The position numbers were made by a program, and so were the translations under genes. A stretch of DNA of 62,374 nucleotides from Clostridia bacterium. GTDB lineage: Bacteria > Bacillota > Clostridia > TANB77 > CAG-508. Positions within the stretch are counted from its first letter, which is position 1, and every line of letters starts with the position of its first letter. Under the pieces are notes generated by a model. That model was not told the DNA's origin. It saw only the letters and a list, made by a program, of their open reading frames with translations, and made no database searches. Where the stretch lies: assembly GCA_022797635.1 (NCBI GenBank), contig JAAWKZ010000004.1, positions 1 through 62,374 on the forward strand, given 5' to 3'. Below, one piece after another: positions 1 through 10,351 of this stretch.

Positions 1-4
1 AAAA

Positions 5-292
5 ATGCAAATTACAGATGTACGTTTAAGAAAAGTAAATTCAGAAAACAGAATGAAAGCTGTTGCTTCTGTGACATTTGATAACGAATTTGTTGTTCAT
101 GACATTAAAGTTATTGAAAGTCAAAATGGATTGTTTATTGCTATGCCAAGCAGAAAAACTCCAAACGGAGAATTCAAGGATATAGCTCATCCAATCAATG
201 CTGATACTAGGGAGAAGATTCAAAAAGCTATATTAGAAGCTTATGAAGCTCCTGAAACTGAAGAAACTACAGATACAGAATCAGCAGAATAA
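5..292 (+). CDS. spoVG: Septation/sporulation regulator SpoVG
   Basis: 95-aa [14 protein letters not shown]...[18 protein letters not shown] is typical of SpoVG. A hairpin terminator follows. Confidence 0.9.
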   Translation: MQITDVRLRKVNSENRMKAVASVTFDNEFVVHDIKVIESQNGLFIAMPSRKTPNGEFKDIAHPINADTREKIQKAILEAYEAPETEETTDTESAE

Positions 293-310
293 TAAATATG
301 TTATAAAAGA

Positions 311-345
311 AAAGTCCCTCAGAATTTTTTTCTGAGGGACTTTTT
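311..345 (+). terminator. Rho-independent terminator after spoVG
   Basis: Stem AAAGTCCCTCAGA / TCTGAGGGACTTT with a T-rich loop and T tail. Confidence 0.8.
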
Positions 346-368
346 AGAGTGTTAAAGATACTTCTTAA

Positions 369-755
369 TCAAGAAATGTTGCCAAACCGCTTGATAGTTG
401 CTTTAATCAATTCGAAGTCCTGCTTTACGTCTGTTATCATCTGAACGGTAAACTGATTCTTTCCTGCGATTGCAGTATGAATCAGTGTGAAAGACCCCAG
501 AGAACAGGCAAAGTTATACAGAACCAGATTCCGGCGGATTTTTTCAGGGCAGTCCTGTGAAGAAAAAGTGATATGCTTTTTCAACAAAGGGAGACGAAGC
601 GTTAGCTGATGGATGTCAGAAAGGCTGGCAATCAAATTGCCGCCTAAGGTCTGAGTGGCTAACACGATATTTGCTTCATCAGCTTTGACGAAACTGAGTA
701 ACTGCTCTGACGGTGCGTCTTTTAAAGTGAAATTGAGTGGAAATTGATATTGCAT
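369..755 (-). CDS. Hypothetical protein (128 aa), GC-elevated, probably foreign
   Basis: Long ORF at about 40-47% GC in roughly 30% GC surroundings. AAGGAG SD lies upstream. It uses CTG/CAG/CCG/CGG codons that are atypical for the window. I recognise no family. Confidence 0.5.
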   Translation of the reverse strand: MQYQFPLNFTLKDAPSEQLLSFVKADEANIVLATQTLGGNLIASLSDIHQLTLRLPLLKKHITFSSQDCPEKIRRNLVLYNFACSLGSFTLIHTAIAGKNQFTVQMITDVKQDFELIKATIKRFGNIS

Positions 756-782
756 TATCTTGTCACTCTCCTTTGTAATATT

Positions 783-833
783 CTGGAATTTTCCAGTTAT
801 TTATATTATATCACAAATTTTGTGTTATGTAAA
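783..833 (-). promoter_or_regulatory. Promoter of ORF 369-755 with palindromic operator
   Basis: On the minus strand: TTTACA (rc of 828-833), a 17-nt spacer, then TGaTATAAT (rc of 805-813). The perfect palindrome CTGGAA-tt-TTCCAG (783-796) lies between the -10 and the SD. Confidence 0.5.
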
Positions 834-875
834 ATAAAAAATAAGAGAAAAAATATTGAAATATATAAAAAGTGG

Positions 876-904
876 TTGACTTTAAGCGAAAGTCGTTGTA
901 TAAT
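876..904 (+). promoter_or_regulatory. Sigma-A type promoter of the S10 operon
   Basis: TTGACT (876-881), a 17-nt spacer, then TATAAT (899-904). Confidence 0.75.
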
Positions 905-1165
905 AAAGCAGTATGTATTTGGCGATGAAGTAAGATGTGGCTACAAATTTAGAGTTATTCTAAGTTTGGAGGGAACTCTTATGGAGTATGTCGTGGCTTA
1001 GACCAAGGCGGTAAGTTACAAGATAAAAAGCACTTATCCCAAGATTTTCACATACAAGACTTGGGCTTTTATATTGGTAACAAATGAAACACCAGAGTGC
1101 GTTATAACTTCCGACCAAAATATGGACGAAAAAGTCCGGAAAGAATAGAAGGAGGGAATTTTAAA
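905..1165 (+). promoter_or_regulatory. Long 5' leader of the S10 operon (possible r-protein autoregulatory leader/attenuator)
   Basis: About 255 nt of untranslated leader. It contains hairpin CCCAAG(1038-1043)/CTTGGG(1060-1065) followed by CTTTTATATT, and a second hairpin CTTCCGAC/GTCCGGAAG just before the SD. Confidence 0.35.
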
Positions 1166-1498
1166 ATGGCAACAAAGAAAGAGACTACAGTAACAAGCGA
1201 AAAAATTAGAATAAGACTAAAAGCTTATGATTCAGTTGTTTTAGAACAGTCTGCTGAAAAAATAGTAGATACTGCTAAAAAGACAGGAGCTAAAGTATCA
1301 GGTCCTATTCCATTACCAACAGAAAAGGAGATAGTTACAATTTTGCGTTCTCCACATAAACACAAAGATTCAAGAGAGCAATTTGAAATGAGAACACATA
1401 AAAGAGTAATTGACATTCTTTACCCAACACAAAAAACAGTTGACAACTTAATGAAAATTGATTTGCCAGCAGGTGTTGATATAGAGATTAAGTTATAA
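1166..1498 (+). CDS. rpsJ: 30S ribosomal protein S10
   Basis: [22 protein letters not shown]... GGAGGG SD precedes ATG 1166. First gene of the conserved S10 operon order. Confidence 0.96.
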   Translation: MATKKETTVTSEKIRIRLKAYDSVVLEQSAEKIVDTAKKTGAKVSGPIPLPTEKEIVTILRSPHKHKDSREQFEMRTHKRVIDILYPTQKTVDNLMKIDLPAGVDIEIKL

Positions 1499-1563
1499 AA
1501 AACTATGCTGGTATAACGTTACAATTTAACGAAATATAAGATATCAGCCAATGGGAGGGAAAA

Positions 1564-2196
1564 ATGAGTAAAACATTAATTGGTAAAAAAGTTGGAATGA
1601 CTCAAATCTTTGATGAACAAGGAAAAGTAATTCCAGTAACAGCTATTGAAGCTGGTCCATGTACAGTAGTACAAGTAAAAACAATTGAAACTGATGGATA
1701 CAATGCTATTCAATTGGGTTTCGGTGAGGTAAAAGAACATAAAGTAATTAAACCTGTAAAAGGTCATTATACAAAAGTGAATTTAACACCTAAAAAACAT
1801 TTAAGAGAATTTAGAGTAGATAATGCAGCAGAAGTAAAAGTTGGAGATGAATTAAAAGCTGATACTTTTGCAGTAGGAGATAAATTAGATATTCAAGGAA
1901 CTTCAAAAGGAAAAGGATTCCAAGGTGTTATCAAACGTCATGGTCAATCAAGAGGACCTATGGGACATGGTTCTATGTATCATAGAAGACCAGGTTCAAT
2001 GGGATCAACAACTACACCAGGTAGAGTATTTAAAGGAAAAAAATTGCCAGGACATATGGGACATGTAACTGTTACTATTCAAAATTTAGAAGTAGTAAGA
2101 GTGGATTTAGATAAAAATGTAGTTTTAGTAAAAGGTAGTGTACCAGGAGTAAATGGAGCTATTTTAAAACTAAAAACAAGTGTAAAAAGTAAATAA
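1564..2196 (+). CDS. rplC: 50S ribosomal protein L3
   Basis: The translation ([29 protein letters not shown]) and its operon position fit L3. Confidence 0.97.
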   Translation: MSKTLIGKKVGMTQIFDEQGKVIPVTAIEAGPCTVVQVKTIETDGYNAIQLGFGEVKEHKVIKPVKGHYTKVNLTPKKHLREFRVDNAAEVKVGDELKADTFAVGDKLDIQGTSKGKGFQGVIKRHGQSRGPMGHGSMYHRRPGSMGSTTTPGRVFKGKKLPGHMGHVTVTIQNLEVVRVDLDKNVVLVKGSVPGVNGAILKLKTSVKSK

Positions 2197-2210
2197 GGAG
2201 GGAAAGACAA

Positions 2211-2834
2211 ATGCCTAAAGTAGATGTATACGATATAGAAGGTAAAAAAGTAAAGACAATCGAACTTAAAGAAGAAGTATTTGGTATTGAGCCAAATGAA
2301 ACAGTAGTACATCATGTTTTAGTAAATTACTTAGCAAATCAAAGACAAGGTACACAAAGCACTAAAACAAGAAGCGAAGTATCTGGTGGTGGAAGAAAAC
2401 CATGGAGACAAAAAGGTACAGGTCGTGCAAGACAGGGTAGTATCCGTGCACCACACTGGGTAGGTGGAGGTATCGCATTAGGACCAAAACCACGTTCATA
2501 TAATTACACAGTAAATAAGAAAGAAAGACAATTAGCAATTAAATCATTATTAAGCTCAAAAGTATTAGAGAAAGAATTAGTTGTTGTAGAAAAATTACCA
2601 TTAAAAGAAATTAAAACAAAAGAAATGGCAAGAGTTCTAAACAACTTAAAAGTAGAAGGAAAAGCAGTTATTCTTTTAGCTGAAAAAGATGAAGTTGTTC
2701 AAAAATCAGCAAGAAACATTGAAGGAGTTAAAACACTTCAAGTTGGAACTATCAATGTATATGATTTATTAAAACATAAAAATCTTGTAGTAACAGAAGA
2801 TACTGTTAAAAAATTAGAGGAGGTGTATGCATAA
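2211..2834 (+). CDS. rplD: 50S ribosomal protein L4
   Basis: Contains the L4 motif [20 protein letters not shown]. Operon order fits. Confidence 0.97.
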   Translation: MPKVDVYDIEGKKVKTIELKEEVFGIEPNETVVHHVLVNYLANQRQGTQSTKTRSEVSGGGRKPWRQKGTGRARQGSIRAPHWVGGGIALGPKPRSYNYTVNKKERQLAIKSLLSSKVLEKELVVVEKLPLKEIKTKEMARVLNNLKVEGKAVILLAEKDEVVQKSARNIEGVKTLQVGTINVYDLLKHKNLVVTEDTVKKLEEVYA

Positions 2835-3181
2835 TGAAAGCAGAAGACGTTATCATAGCACCAGTTGTTACTGAAAAAAGTAATGATGGATTACAAGAAG
2901 GAAAGTATACCTTTAAAGTAAATAAGAAGGCTACTAAAATCGATATTAGAAATGCGGTAGAAAAACTTTTTGAAGTAAAGGTTTTAGACGTTAACACAAT
3001 GAGTGTTAAAGGAAAGAATAAAAGAATGGGTAAAACATCAGGAAAGACTCCTGATTGGAAAAAAGCAATTGTTACAATTGATACAGAGCCATCTGATATG
3101 AAATATTTATCAAAAGGCGGAAAAGAAGTTAAAGTTTCTAAAAAATATAAAGACAGTATTGAACACTTTATGGGGGCCTAA
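2834..3181 (+). CDS. rplW: 50S ribosomal protein L23 (with C-terminal extension)
   Basis: [11 protein letters not shown]...KYTFKV is the L23 signature. At 115 aa it is longer than the usual ~95-100 aa. Confidence 0.93.
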   Translation: MKAEDVIIAPVVTEKSNDGLQEGKYTFKVNKKATKIDIRNAVEKLFEVKVLDVNTMSVKGKNKRMGKTSGKTPDWKKAIVTIDTEPSDMKYLSKGGKEVKVSKKYKDSIEHFMGA

Positions 3182-3310
3182 ATTAAGTTAGCTGTTCGAA
3201 CATAGTGAGTTACAGATAACTTATGCAATCGAATGAAAAGAGATTGTAAACCTTATAAAAATTATCGAGAAATAAACTCGGAAAAGAAATATAAAGGAGA
3301 GAATTAAAAA

Positions 3311-4138
3311 ATGGGAACAAAAAGATTTAAACCATATACACCTTCAAGAAGAAACATGACAGTTTCTACATTTGAAGAAATTACAAAAAAAGAACCAGAA
3401 AAATCTCTACTAGCAACAAAGAAGAAAAATGCAGGTAGAAACTCATACGGAAGAATAACAGTTAGACACCAAGGCGGTGGAAACAGACAAAAATATAGAA
3501 TTATTGATTTCAAGAGAAATAAAGTAGATATGTCAGCAACTGTTATTGGTATCGAATATGATCCAAACAGAAGTGCAAACATCGCTTTAATTCAATATGA
3601 AGATGGAGAAAAGGCATACATTTTAGCACCAGTAGGATTAAAAGATGGTGATAAAGTAGTATCAGGAGAAAAAGCTGATATTAAGCCAGGAAACTGCATG
3701 AAAATTGAAAGTATTCCAGTAGGTACTATGATCCACAATATCGAATTAAATCCAGGTCAAGGTGGAAAAATGGTTAGAGCAGCTGGGCAAGAAGCTCAAT
3801 TAATGGCTAAAGAAGGAAAATATGCACATGTAAGATTACCTTCTGGTGAAATGAGATTGGTTATGGCTGTTTGTAAAGCTACTATTGGTACTGTTGGAAA
3901 TGCAGACCATGAAAATATTAAAATTGGTAAAGCAGGAAGAACAAGACATATGGGAATTAGACCAACTGTTAGAGGTTCAGTTATGAACCCAGTAGATCAC
4001 CCTCATGGTGGTGGTGAAGGTAAAGCACCAGTTGGACACGCAGGACCAATGACTCCTTGGGGCAAACCAGCTTTAGGATATAAGACAAGAAAGAACCATA
4101 AACAAAGCGATAAATTAATTACAAAGAGAAGAAAGTAA
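3311..4138 (+). CDS. rplB: 50S ribosomal protein L2
   Basis: [17 protein letters not shown]...[10 protein letters not shown] is the L2 signature. Confidence 0.97.
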   Translation: MGTKRFKPYTPSRRNMTVSTFEEITKKEPEKSLLATKKKNAGRNSYGRITVRHQGGGNRQKYRIIDFKRNKVDMSATVIGIEYDPNRSANIALIQYEDGEKAYILAPVGLKDGDKVVSGEKADIKPGNCMKIESIPVGTMIHNIELNPGQGGKMVRAAGQEAQLMAKEGKYAHVRLPSGEMRLVMAVCKATIGTVGNADHENIKIGKAGRTRHMGIRPTVRGSVMNPVDHPHGGGEGKAPVGHAGPMTPWGKPALGYKTRKNHKQSDKLITKRRK

Positions 4139-4154
4139 GAAGGAGGAAAGATTA

Positions 4155-4433
4155 ATGTCAAGATCAAGTAAAAAACCACCATTTGTTGCACCAGAATTGT
4201 TAAAAAGAATTGATGCAATGAATGAGAATGGAAACAAAGAAGTAATCAAAACATGGTCAAGAGCATCTACAATCTATCCACAAATGGTTGGACACACAAT
4301 CGCTGTTCATGATGGTAGAAAACATGTACCAGTTTATATAACAGAAGAAATGATAGGACATAAATTAGGTGAATTTGCACCAACAAGAACATTTAAAGGA
4401 CATTCAGGAGACAAGACAACAACCGCAAAATAA
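4155..4433 (+). CDS. rpsS: 30S ribosomal protein S19
   Basis: [11 protein letters not shown]...[23 protein letters not shown]. Confidence 0.97.
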   Translation: MSRSSKKPPFVAPELLKRIDAMNENGNKEVIKTWSRASTIYPQMVGHTIAVHDGRKHVPVYITEEMIGHKLGEFAPTRTFKGHSGDKTTTAK

Positions 4434-4449
4434 GAAGGAGGAAGGAAAG

Positions 4450-4803
4450 ATGGAGGAAGTTATCATTCCAACAGCAGAAGCAACTCTAAGATATGCTAGA
4501 ATTTCAAGCAGAAAAGTAAAAATTGTAGCAGATTTAATTAGAGGAAAAGATATTGATGAAGCTTTAGCAATTAGCAAATATGCTCCAAAAGCATCAAGTG
4601 AAATTATAGAAAAATTATTAAAATCAGCAATTGCCAATGCTGAAAACAATCATCATATGGCACACGAAAAACTATATGTTGCTGAGATTTATGCAAATCA
4701 AGGTCCAACTCTAAAAAGAATTAGACCAGCTGCAAAAGGTAGTGCAGTAAGAATTAGAAAAAGAACTAGCCATATTACAATCGTGTTAAAAGAGAGAGAT
4801 TAA
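4450..4803 (+). CDS. rplV: 50S ribosomal protein L22
   Basis: Internal ATG 4450 follows [34 protein letters not shown] is the L22 signature. Confidence 0.95.
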   Translation: MEEVIIPTAEATLRYARISSRKVKIVADLIRGKDIDEALAISKYAPKASSEIIEKLLKSAIANAENNHHMAHEKLYVAEIYANQGPTLKRIRPAAKGSAVRIRKRTSHITIVLKERD

Positions 4804-4822
4804 GAAAGGAGGACTTAACAAA

Positions 4823-5485
4823 ATGGGACAAAAAGTAGATCCTAACGGATTAAGAGTAGGTGTCATTAAAGATTGGAGTTCTAAATGGTATGCAGATAAG
4901 AAAAATTTTGCAGATTACCTAGTAGAAGATCATAAAATCCGTGAATATGTTAAGAAAAAATTATATGTTGCAGGAATTTCAAAAATTGAAATTGAAAGAA
5001 CTGCTAAGTTCGTAAGAGTAAATGTATATACCGCAAAACCAGGTTTAGTAATTGGTAAGGGTGGAAACCTTGTAGAAGTATTAAAAGCTGAACTTGAAAA
5101 AATGATTGGTAAAACAGTAAACTTAAATATTACTGAAGTAAAGAACATTGATGTAGATGCACAGTTAGTTGCTGAAAACATTGCAGGACAATTAGAAAGA
5201 AGAATTTCTTTTAGAAGAGCTATGAAACAATGTATGCAAAAAACTATGAAGGCAGGAGCTTTAGGAATTAAAACAGCTGTATCTGGAAGATTAGGTGGAG
5301 CAGATATGGCAAGAACTGAGTTCTATAAAGAAGGTACTATTCCACTTCAAACTTTAAGAGCAGATATCGAATATGGATTTGCAGAAGCAGATACCACATA
5401 TGGAAAAATCGGTGTTAAAGTTTGGATTTATAAAGGAGAAGTTCTTCCAACTAAGAAGAAAGTAGTGGAAGGAGGAGACAAATAA
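4823..5485 (+). CDS. rpsC: 30S ribosomal protein S3
   Basis: [24 protein letters not shown]. Confidence 0.97.
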   Translation: MGQKVDPNGLRVGVIKDWSSKWYADKKNFADYLVEDHKIREYVKKKLYVAGISKIEIERTAKFVRVNVYTAKPGLVIGKGGNLVEVLKAELEKMIGKTVNLNITEVKNIDVDAQLVAENIAGQLERRISFRRAMKQCMQKTMKAGALGIKTAVSGRLGGADMARTEFYKEGTIPLQTLRADIEYGFAEADTTYGKIGVKVWIYKGEVLPTKKKVVEGGDK

Positions 5486-5931
5486 TGCCATTAATGCCAA
5501 AAAGAACAAAATATAGAAAACTACAAAAAGGTAGAGTAAGAGGAAAAGCAGCAAGGGGAAATAAAGTATCTGATGGAGAATTCGGATTACAAGCTTGCGA
5601 AATTGGTTTAATTACATCAAACCAAATTGAAGCAGCCCGTGTAGCTATGACTCGTTACATTAAAAGAGGTGGAAAGGTTTGGATTAAAATCTTCCCAGAC
5701 AAACCAATGACTGCAAAACCTATTGGTACTCGTATGGGTAAAGGTAAAGGTGCAGTAGAATATTGGGTAGCAGCTGTTAAACCAGGAAGAGTAATGTTTG
5801 AAATTGCAGGTGTTCCAGAAGAAACTGCAAGAGAAGCATTAAGATTAGCTGGAAACAAGTTATCTATTAAATGTAAGTTTGTCAAAAGAGAAACTGCAAG
5901 CGAGGTAGGTGATAGTGATGAAGATAAATAA
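5485..5931 (+). CDS. rplP: 50S ribosomal protein L16
   Basis: [15 protein letters not shown]... Confidence 0.96.
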   Translation: MPLMPKRTKYRKLQKGRVRGKAARGNKVSDGEFGLQACEIGLITSNQIEAARVAMTRYIKRGGKVWIKIFPDKPMTAKPIGTRMGKGKGAVEYWVAAVKPGRVMFEIAGVPEETAREALRLAGNKLSIKCKFVKRETASEVGDSDEDK

Positions 5932-6127
5932 AATTAAAGAAATGTCTTCACCAGATCTAGAAAAAGAATTAGGAGAACTAAAAAATGAATTGTTTAAACT
6001 AAGATTTAGTTTAGCAACAAATGGATTAGATAACCCTATGAAAATTAAAGAAGTGAAGAAAGATATAGCAAGAATTAAAACAGTTCTTAGAGAAAGAGAG
6101 ATTAAGTCAGGTGTTAACGAAGCGTAG
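5918..6127 (+). CDS. rpmC: 50S ribosomal protein L29
   Basis: [33 protein letters not shown] 5918 is preferred over the upstream GTG 5909. Overlaps the end of rplP. Confidence 0.92.
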   Translation: MKINKIKEMSSPDLEKELGELKNELFKLRFSLATNGLDNPMKIKEVKKDIARIKTVLREREIKSGVNEA

Positions 6128-6199
6128 CTGAGTGTTACAGATGACTTATACATCAGCCGATGCAAACTGAAAACAAATAAGAAAGGAGATTAATCTAAG

Positions 6200-6463
6200 A
6201 TGGAAGAAAGAAATCTTCGTAAAACTATGATTGGTACAGTTGTTTCTGACAAAATGGATAAAACAGTAGTAGTTGCTGTTAAAACCAGTGAAATGAACAA
6301 AATGTATGGAAAAATTGAAAAGAAAACATACAAATTAAAAGCTCATGACGAAACTAACTCATGCCAAACAGGTGATAAAGTAAAAGTAATGGAAACAAGA
6401 CCACTTTCTAAAGATAAAAGATGGAGAGTAGTTGAAGTTTTAGAAAAGGCAGTAATTAAATAG
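6200..6463 (+). CDS. rpsQ: 30S ribosomal protein S17
   Basis: [21 protein letters not shown]... Confidence 0.96.
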   Translation: MEERNLRKTMIGTVVSDKMDKTVVVAVKTSEMNKMYGKIEKKTYKLKAHDETNSCQTGDKVKVMETRPLSKDKRWRVVEVLEKAVIK

Positions 6464-6477
6464 GAAGGAGAAAAATC

Positions 6478-6846
6478 ATGGTACAACAACAAAGTATCTT
6501 AAAAGTTGCTGATAACACTGGTGCAAGAGAAATTATGTGCATTAGATGTTTAGGTGGTTCATATAGAAAATATGCTGGTGTAGGCGATATTATTGTTGCT
6601 TCTGTAAAAACAGCTATACCAGGTGGTGTTGTAAAAAAAGGTGATGTTGTAAAAGCTGTTGTTGTAAGAACTAAAAAGCCAATTAGAAGAGCAGATGGTT
6701 CTTATGTAAGGTTTGACGAAAATGCAGCAGTAATTATTAAAGAAGATAAAACACCAAAAGGAACTCGTATCTTCGGGCCTGTAGCTAGAGAATTAAGAGA
6801 TGGAGAATATATGAAAATATTGTCATTAGCTCCAGAGGTTCTATAA
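6478..6846 (+). CDS. rplN: 50S ribosomal protein L14
   Basis: [23 protein letters not shown]. Confidence 0.97.
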   Translation: MVQQQSILKVADNTGAREIMCIRCLGGSYRKYAGVGDIIVASVKTAIPGGVVKKGDVVKAVVVRTKKPIRRADGSYVRFDENAAVIIKEDKTPKGTRIFGPVARELRDGEYMKILSLAPEVL

Positions 6847-6896
6847 AAGATATGAAATTAAATAATCAAATCCTAAAATAAAGAGGTGAAAAATAA

Positions 6897-7205
6897 ATGA
6901 AAATCAAAAAAGGTGACAATGTTAAAGTTTTATCTGGAAATGATAAAGGAAAAACAGGAGAAGTTTTAGAAGTAATTCCTAAGACACAAAAAGTAGTTGT
7001 CAAAGGTGTTAACATTCGTAAAAAACACGTTAAACCTAGAAAACAAGGCGAAGAGGGAGGAATTATCCCAGTAGAATGCAGTATACATAGCAGCAAAGTA
7101 AACGTAGTATGCCCAAAATGTAATAAAGCAACTAGAGTAGGATATCTAGTTGAAGGAGATAGCAAAGTACGTGTTTGCAAGAAATGTGGAGCAAAATTAA
7201 AATAG
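6897..7205 (+). CDS. rplX: 50S ribosomal protein L24
   Basis: MKIKKGDNVKVLSGNDKGKTGEVLEV is a KOW motif. The C-terminus carries a CxxC...CxxC zinc ribbon. Confidence 0.95.
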   Translation: MKIKKGDNVKVLSGNDKGKTGEVLEVIPKTQKVVVKGVNIRKKHVKPRKQGEEGGIIPVECSIHSSKVNVVCPKCNKATRVGYLVEGDSKVRVCKKCGAKLK

Positions 7206-7226
7206 AAAGGAGGTCTGTAAAGACTT

Positions 7227-7766
7227 ATGGAAATATTAAGAGAACAATATCAAAAAGAAATTATACCAGCAATGATGAAAAAATTTAATTATAAGTCAGT
7301 AATGGAAGTTCCTAAATTAGAAAAAATCGTAATTAACATTGGTTTAGGAGATATAAAAGATAATCCAAAATCATTAGAAAATGCAGTAAATGATTTAACA
7401 ATAATTACTGGTCAAAAGCCAATTATTACAAAGGCTAAAAAGGCCATCGCAGCTTTCAAACTTAGAGAAGGCGTTAATGTAGGTTGCAAAGTTACATTAA
7501 GAAGTGGAAAAATGTATGATTTTGCTTATAAACTATTTAGTACAGCATTACCAAGAGTAAGAGATTTTAGAGGTGTTTCAGCTAATTCTTTTGATGGAAG
7601 AGGAAACTACTCAATGGGTATTAAAGAACAATTAATTTTCCCAGAAATTGAATATGATAAAATTGATAAAATTAGAGGTATGGATATTATTTTCGTTACT
7701 ACTGCAAAAAATGATGAAGAAGCTAAAGAGTTACTTTCATTATTAGGAATGCCATTCCAAGGGTAG
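7227..7766 (+). CDS. rplE: 50S ribosomal protein L5
   Basis: Position and sequence ([19 protein letters not shown]) fit L5. Confidence 0.97.
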   Translation: MEILREQYQKEIIPAMMKKFNYKSVMEVPKLEKIVINIGLGDIKDNPKSLENAVNDLTIITGQKPIITKAKKAIAAFKLREGVNVGCKVTLRSGKMYDFAYKLFSTALPRVRDFRGVSANSFDGRGNYSMGIKEQLIFPEIEYDKIDKIRGMDIIFVTTAKNDEEAKELLSLLGMPFQG

Positions 7767-7787
7767 TCGAAAAGAAAGGAGAAATTC

Positions 7788-7973
7788 ATGGCTAAAAAGT
7801 CTTTAAAGGTAAAACAACAAAGAGAACAAAAATACAAAACAAGAGAATATAACCGTTGCAAAATTTGTGGAAGACCACATGCATATATTAGAAAATTCGG
7901 AATTTGCCGTGTTTGTTTTAGAGAATTAGCTCATAAAGGAGAAATTCCAGGAGTGAAAAAGGCAAGTTGGTAA
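7788..7973 (+). CDS. rpsZ: 30S ribosomal protein S14, type Z (zinc-binding)
   Basis: 61 aa, with [23 protein letters not shown]. Confidence 0.96.
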   Translation: MAKKSLKVKQQREQKYKTREYNRCKICGRPHAYIRKFGICRVCFRELAHKGEIPGVKKASW

Positions 7974-7990
7974 AAAGGAGGGAAAAATAA

Positions 7991-8389
7991 ATGAACACAA
8001 CTGACCCAATCGCAGATATGTTAACAAGAATTAGAAATGCTAACAGTCAAAAACATAAAACAGTTGATGTACCTAGTTCAAATATGAAAAAAGCAATCGC
8101 TGATATCTTATTTAAAGAGGGATATGTCGCTGCTTATGAAGAAATTAATGAAAATAGTCAAGGTGTGATTCGTATCACATTAAAATATGATGAAACAGGT
8201 GCAAGAGTAATTGATGGTTTAAAGAGAATTAGTAAACCAGGTTTAAGAGTTTATGCATCTAAAGAAGAATTACCACAAGTTCTAAATGGCTTAGGAATTG
8301 CTTTGATTTCTACTTCAAAAGGAATTAAAACAGATAGAGAAGCAAGAAAAGAAGGACTTGGAGGAGAAGTATTAGCTTATATTTGGTAA
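7991..8389 (+). CDS. rpsH: 30S ribosomal protein S8
   Basis: [14 protein letters not shown] is the S8 signature. Confidence 0.97.
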   Translation: MNTTDPIADMLTRIRNANSQKHKTVDVPSSNMKKAIADILFKEGYVAAYEEINENSQGVIRITLKYDETGARVIDGLKRISKPGLRVYASKEELPQVLNGLGIALISTSKGIKTDREARKEGLGGEVLAYIW

Positions 8390-8408
8390 GGAAGGAGGAA
8401 TTTAAAAA

Positions 8409-8948
8409 ATGTCAAGAATAGGAAATAAACCTATTACAGTACCAGAAGGTGTTGAAGTTACTTTAAACGATCACCATATTACTGTAAAAGGACCAAAAGG
8501 AACATTAGAAAGAGATTTACACAAAAATATGACTATAACTATGGAAGAAAACACTATTCATGTTACTAGACCTAATGATGAAGCTGAAAACAGAAGCTTA
8601 CATGGATTAACAAGAACTTTAATCAGTAATATGATTGAAGGAGTTGTTCATGAATTCAAAAGAGAACTAGAAATTAATGGTGTTGGTTATAGAGCTCAAA
8701 AACAAGGAAATAAATTAGTAATGAATTTAGGTTATTCTCACAATGTTGAGATTGAACCACCAGAAGGAATTACTTTTGATTTAGCTGACGCAAACCATAT
8801 TACTGTTAGAGGAATCGATAAAGAAGTAGTTGGCCAAACAGCAGCTGTTATCAGAACAAAAAGACCTCCAGAGGTATATAGAGGTAAAGGTATTAAATAT
8901 GCTGAAGAACATATTAGAAGAAAAGAAGGTAAAGCTGGTAAGAAATAA
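8409..8948 (+). CDS. rplF: 50S ribosomal protein L6
   Basis: MSRIGNKPITVPEGVEV. Confidence 0.97.
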   Translation: MSRIGNKPITVPEGVEVTLNDHHITVKGPKGTLERDLHKNMTITMEENTIHVTRPNDEAENRSLHGLTRTLISNMIEGVVHEFKRELEINGVGYRAQKQGNKLVMNLGYSHNVEIEPPEGITFDLADANHITVRGIDKEVVGQTAAVIRTKRPPEVYRGKGIKYAEEHIRRKEGKAGKK

Positions 8949-9009
8949 TTCGAAGGCTTATAATTAATCAAATTGTTAACGCTGTTACGTTAGCAGAAAG
9001 GAGAAAGTA

Positions 9010-9369
9010 ATGATTAAGAAAATTAATAGAAAGCTTGAAAGAGAAAGAAGACATATTAGAGTACGTAATAAGATTTCAGGAACTGCTGAACGTCCTAGAT
9101 TATGTGTATATAGAAGCAATAGCAATCTTTATGTGCAAGTTGTTGATGATGTAGCTGGAAATACTTTAGCTCAAGCATCTACTTTAGATAAAGAAGTAAA
9201 AACAAAACACGCTAATAAAGAAGCAGCTAAAGAAGTTGGAGCTTTAATTGCTAAAAGAGCTCAAGAGAAGAAAATTAAAGAGGTTGTTTTTGATAGAGGC
9301 GGATACATCTATCATGGTGTAGTAAAAGAGTTAGCTGAAGCCGCAAGAGAAGGCGGATTAACATTCTAA
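9010..9369 (+). CDS. rplR: 50S ribosomal protein L18
   Basis: [24 protein letters not shown]. Confidence 0.97.
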   Translation: MIKKINRKLERERRHIRVRNKISGTAERPRLCVYRSNSNLYVQVVDDVAGNTLAQASTLDKEVKTKHANKEAAKEVGALIAKRAQEKKIKEVVFDRGGYIYHGVVKELAEAAREGGLTF

Positions 9370-9386
9370 AAAGGAGGGAAAATAAA

Positions 9387-9878
9387 GTGCAATCAGAAAA
9401 TACATCAGAATTAAAAGAAAAAGTAGTTGCAATCAACAGAGTAGCAAAAGTTGTAAAAGGTGGTAGAAACTTTAGATTTAGTGCTGTTGTTGTTGTTGGT
9501 GACGAAAATGGACACGTTGGTGTAGGAAATGGTAAAGCAGCTGAAGTTCCAGATGCTATTAAAAAAGCAATTGAGGAAGCTAAAAAGAATTTAGTTGAAG
9601 TTCCAATCGTAGGAACAACAATTCCTCATGAATATGTTGGAAAATTCGGAAGTGCTAGTGTTGTATTAAAACCAGCAGCTGAAGGTTCTGGAGTTATTGC
9701 AGGTGGTAGTGTAAGGCCTGTACTTGAACTTGCTGGATATAAAGATATTAGAACAAAGGTTATTGGAACAAATAATCCAAGAAACGTAGTATATGCTACA
9801 TTAGAAGGATTAAAGAGCATGAAAACAGCTGAACAAATTGCTCATAAAAGAGGAAAAGCTGTGGCTGATATTCTTTAA
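9387..9878 (+). CDS. rpsE: 30S ribosomal protein S5
   Basis: GTG start follows [35 protein letters not shown]. Confidence 0.96.
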   Translation: MQSENTSELKEKVVAINRVAKVVKGGRNFRFSAVVVVGDENGHVGVGNGKAAEVPDAIKKAIEEAKKNLVEVPIVGTTIPHEYVGKFGSASVVLKPAAEGSGVIAGGSVRPVLELAGYKDIRTKVIGTNNPRNVVYATLEGLKSMKTAEQIAHKRGKAVADIL

Positions 9879-9916
9879 TCGAAAAATCAAATTAAAATAG
9901 GAGGTGTAATCGCAAA

Positions 9917-10351
9917 ATGAATTTAGACGAATTAAAACCAGCACAAAAAACACAAACAAGAACTAGAGTTGGTCGTGGCGTTGGTTCAGGTCTTGGAAAA
10001 ACTTCAGGAAGAGGACATAAAGGACAAAAAGCAAGAAGTGGTGGAGGAGTTAGAAGAGGCTTTGAAGGAGGTCAAACACCATTATATAGAAGATTACCAA
10101 AAAGAGGATTTACTAATATTTTTGCAAACAATTACACAGAAGTAACACTTACTATGCTTAACAAATCAAGCAAAGAAGATGTTACAGCTGAAAGCTTAAT
10201 TGAAGATGGTATCATTCGTAAAGCAAATGACGGTATTGTCATTATTGCAACAGGTACTTTAGAGAAGAAAGTAAATGTCAAAGCCGTAAGATTTACTAAA
10301 GCTGCAAAAGAAAAAATTGAAGCTTTAGGAGGAAAGGCTGAGGTGATCTAA
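9917..10351 (+). CDS. rplO: 50S ribosomal protein L15
   Basis: [25 protein letters not shown]. It directly follows rpsE with only a 38-nt gap, so no L30 gene is present. Confidence 0.96.
   Translation: MNLDELKPAQKTQTRTRVGRGVGSGLGKTSGRGHKGQKARSGGGVRRGFEGGQTPLYRRLPKRGFTNIFANNYTEVTLTMLNKSSKEDVTAESLIEDGIIRKANDGIVIIATGTLEKKVNVKAVRFTKAAKEKIEALGGKAEVI

Noticed and set aside
1097-1165. N-terminal extensions in the ORF track (for example 1097, 4369, 11720, 13305, 17154, 28725, 32566, 34864, 39054, 47899 and 49048)
   Set aside because: Internal ATG/GTG/TTG starts with proper SD spacing give N-termini that match the known families. The extensions lack an SD and any conservation.
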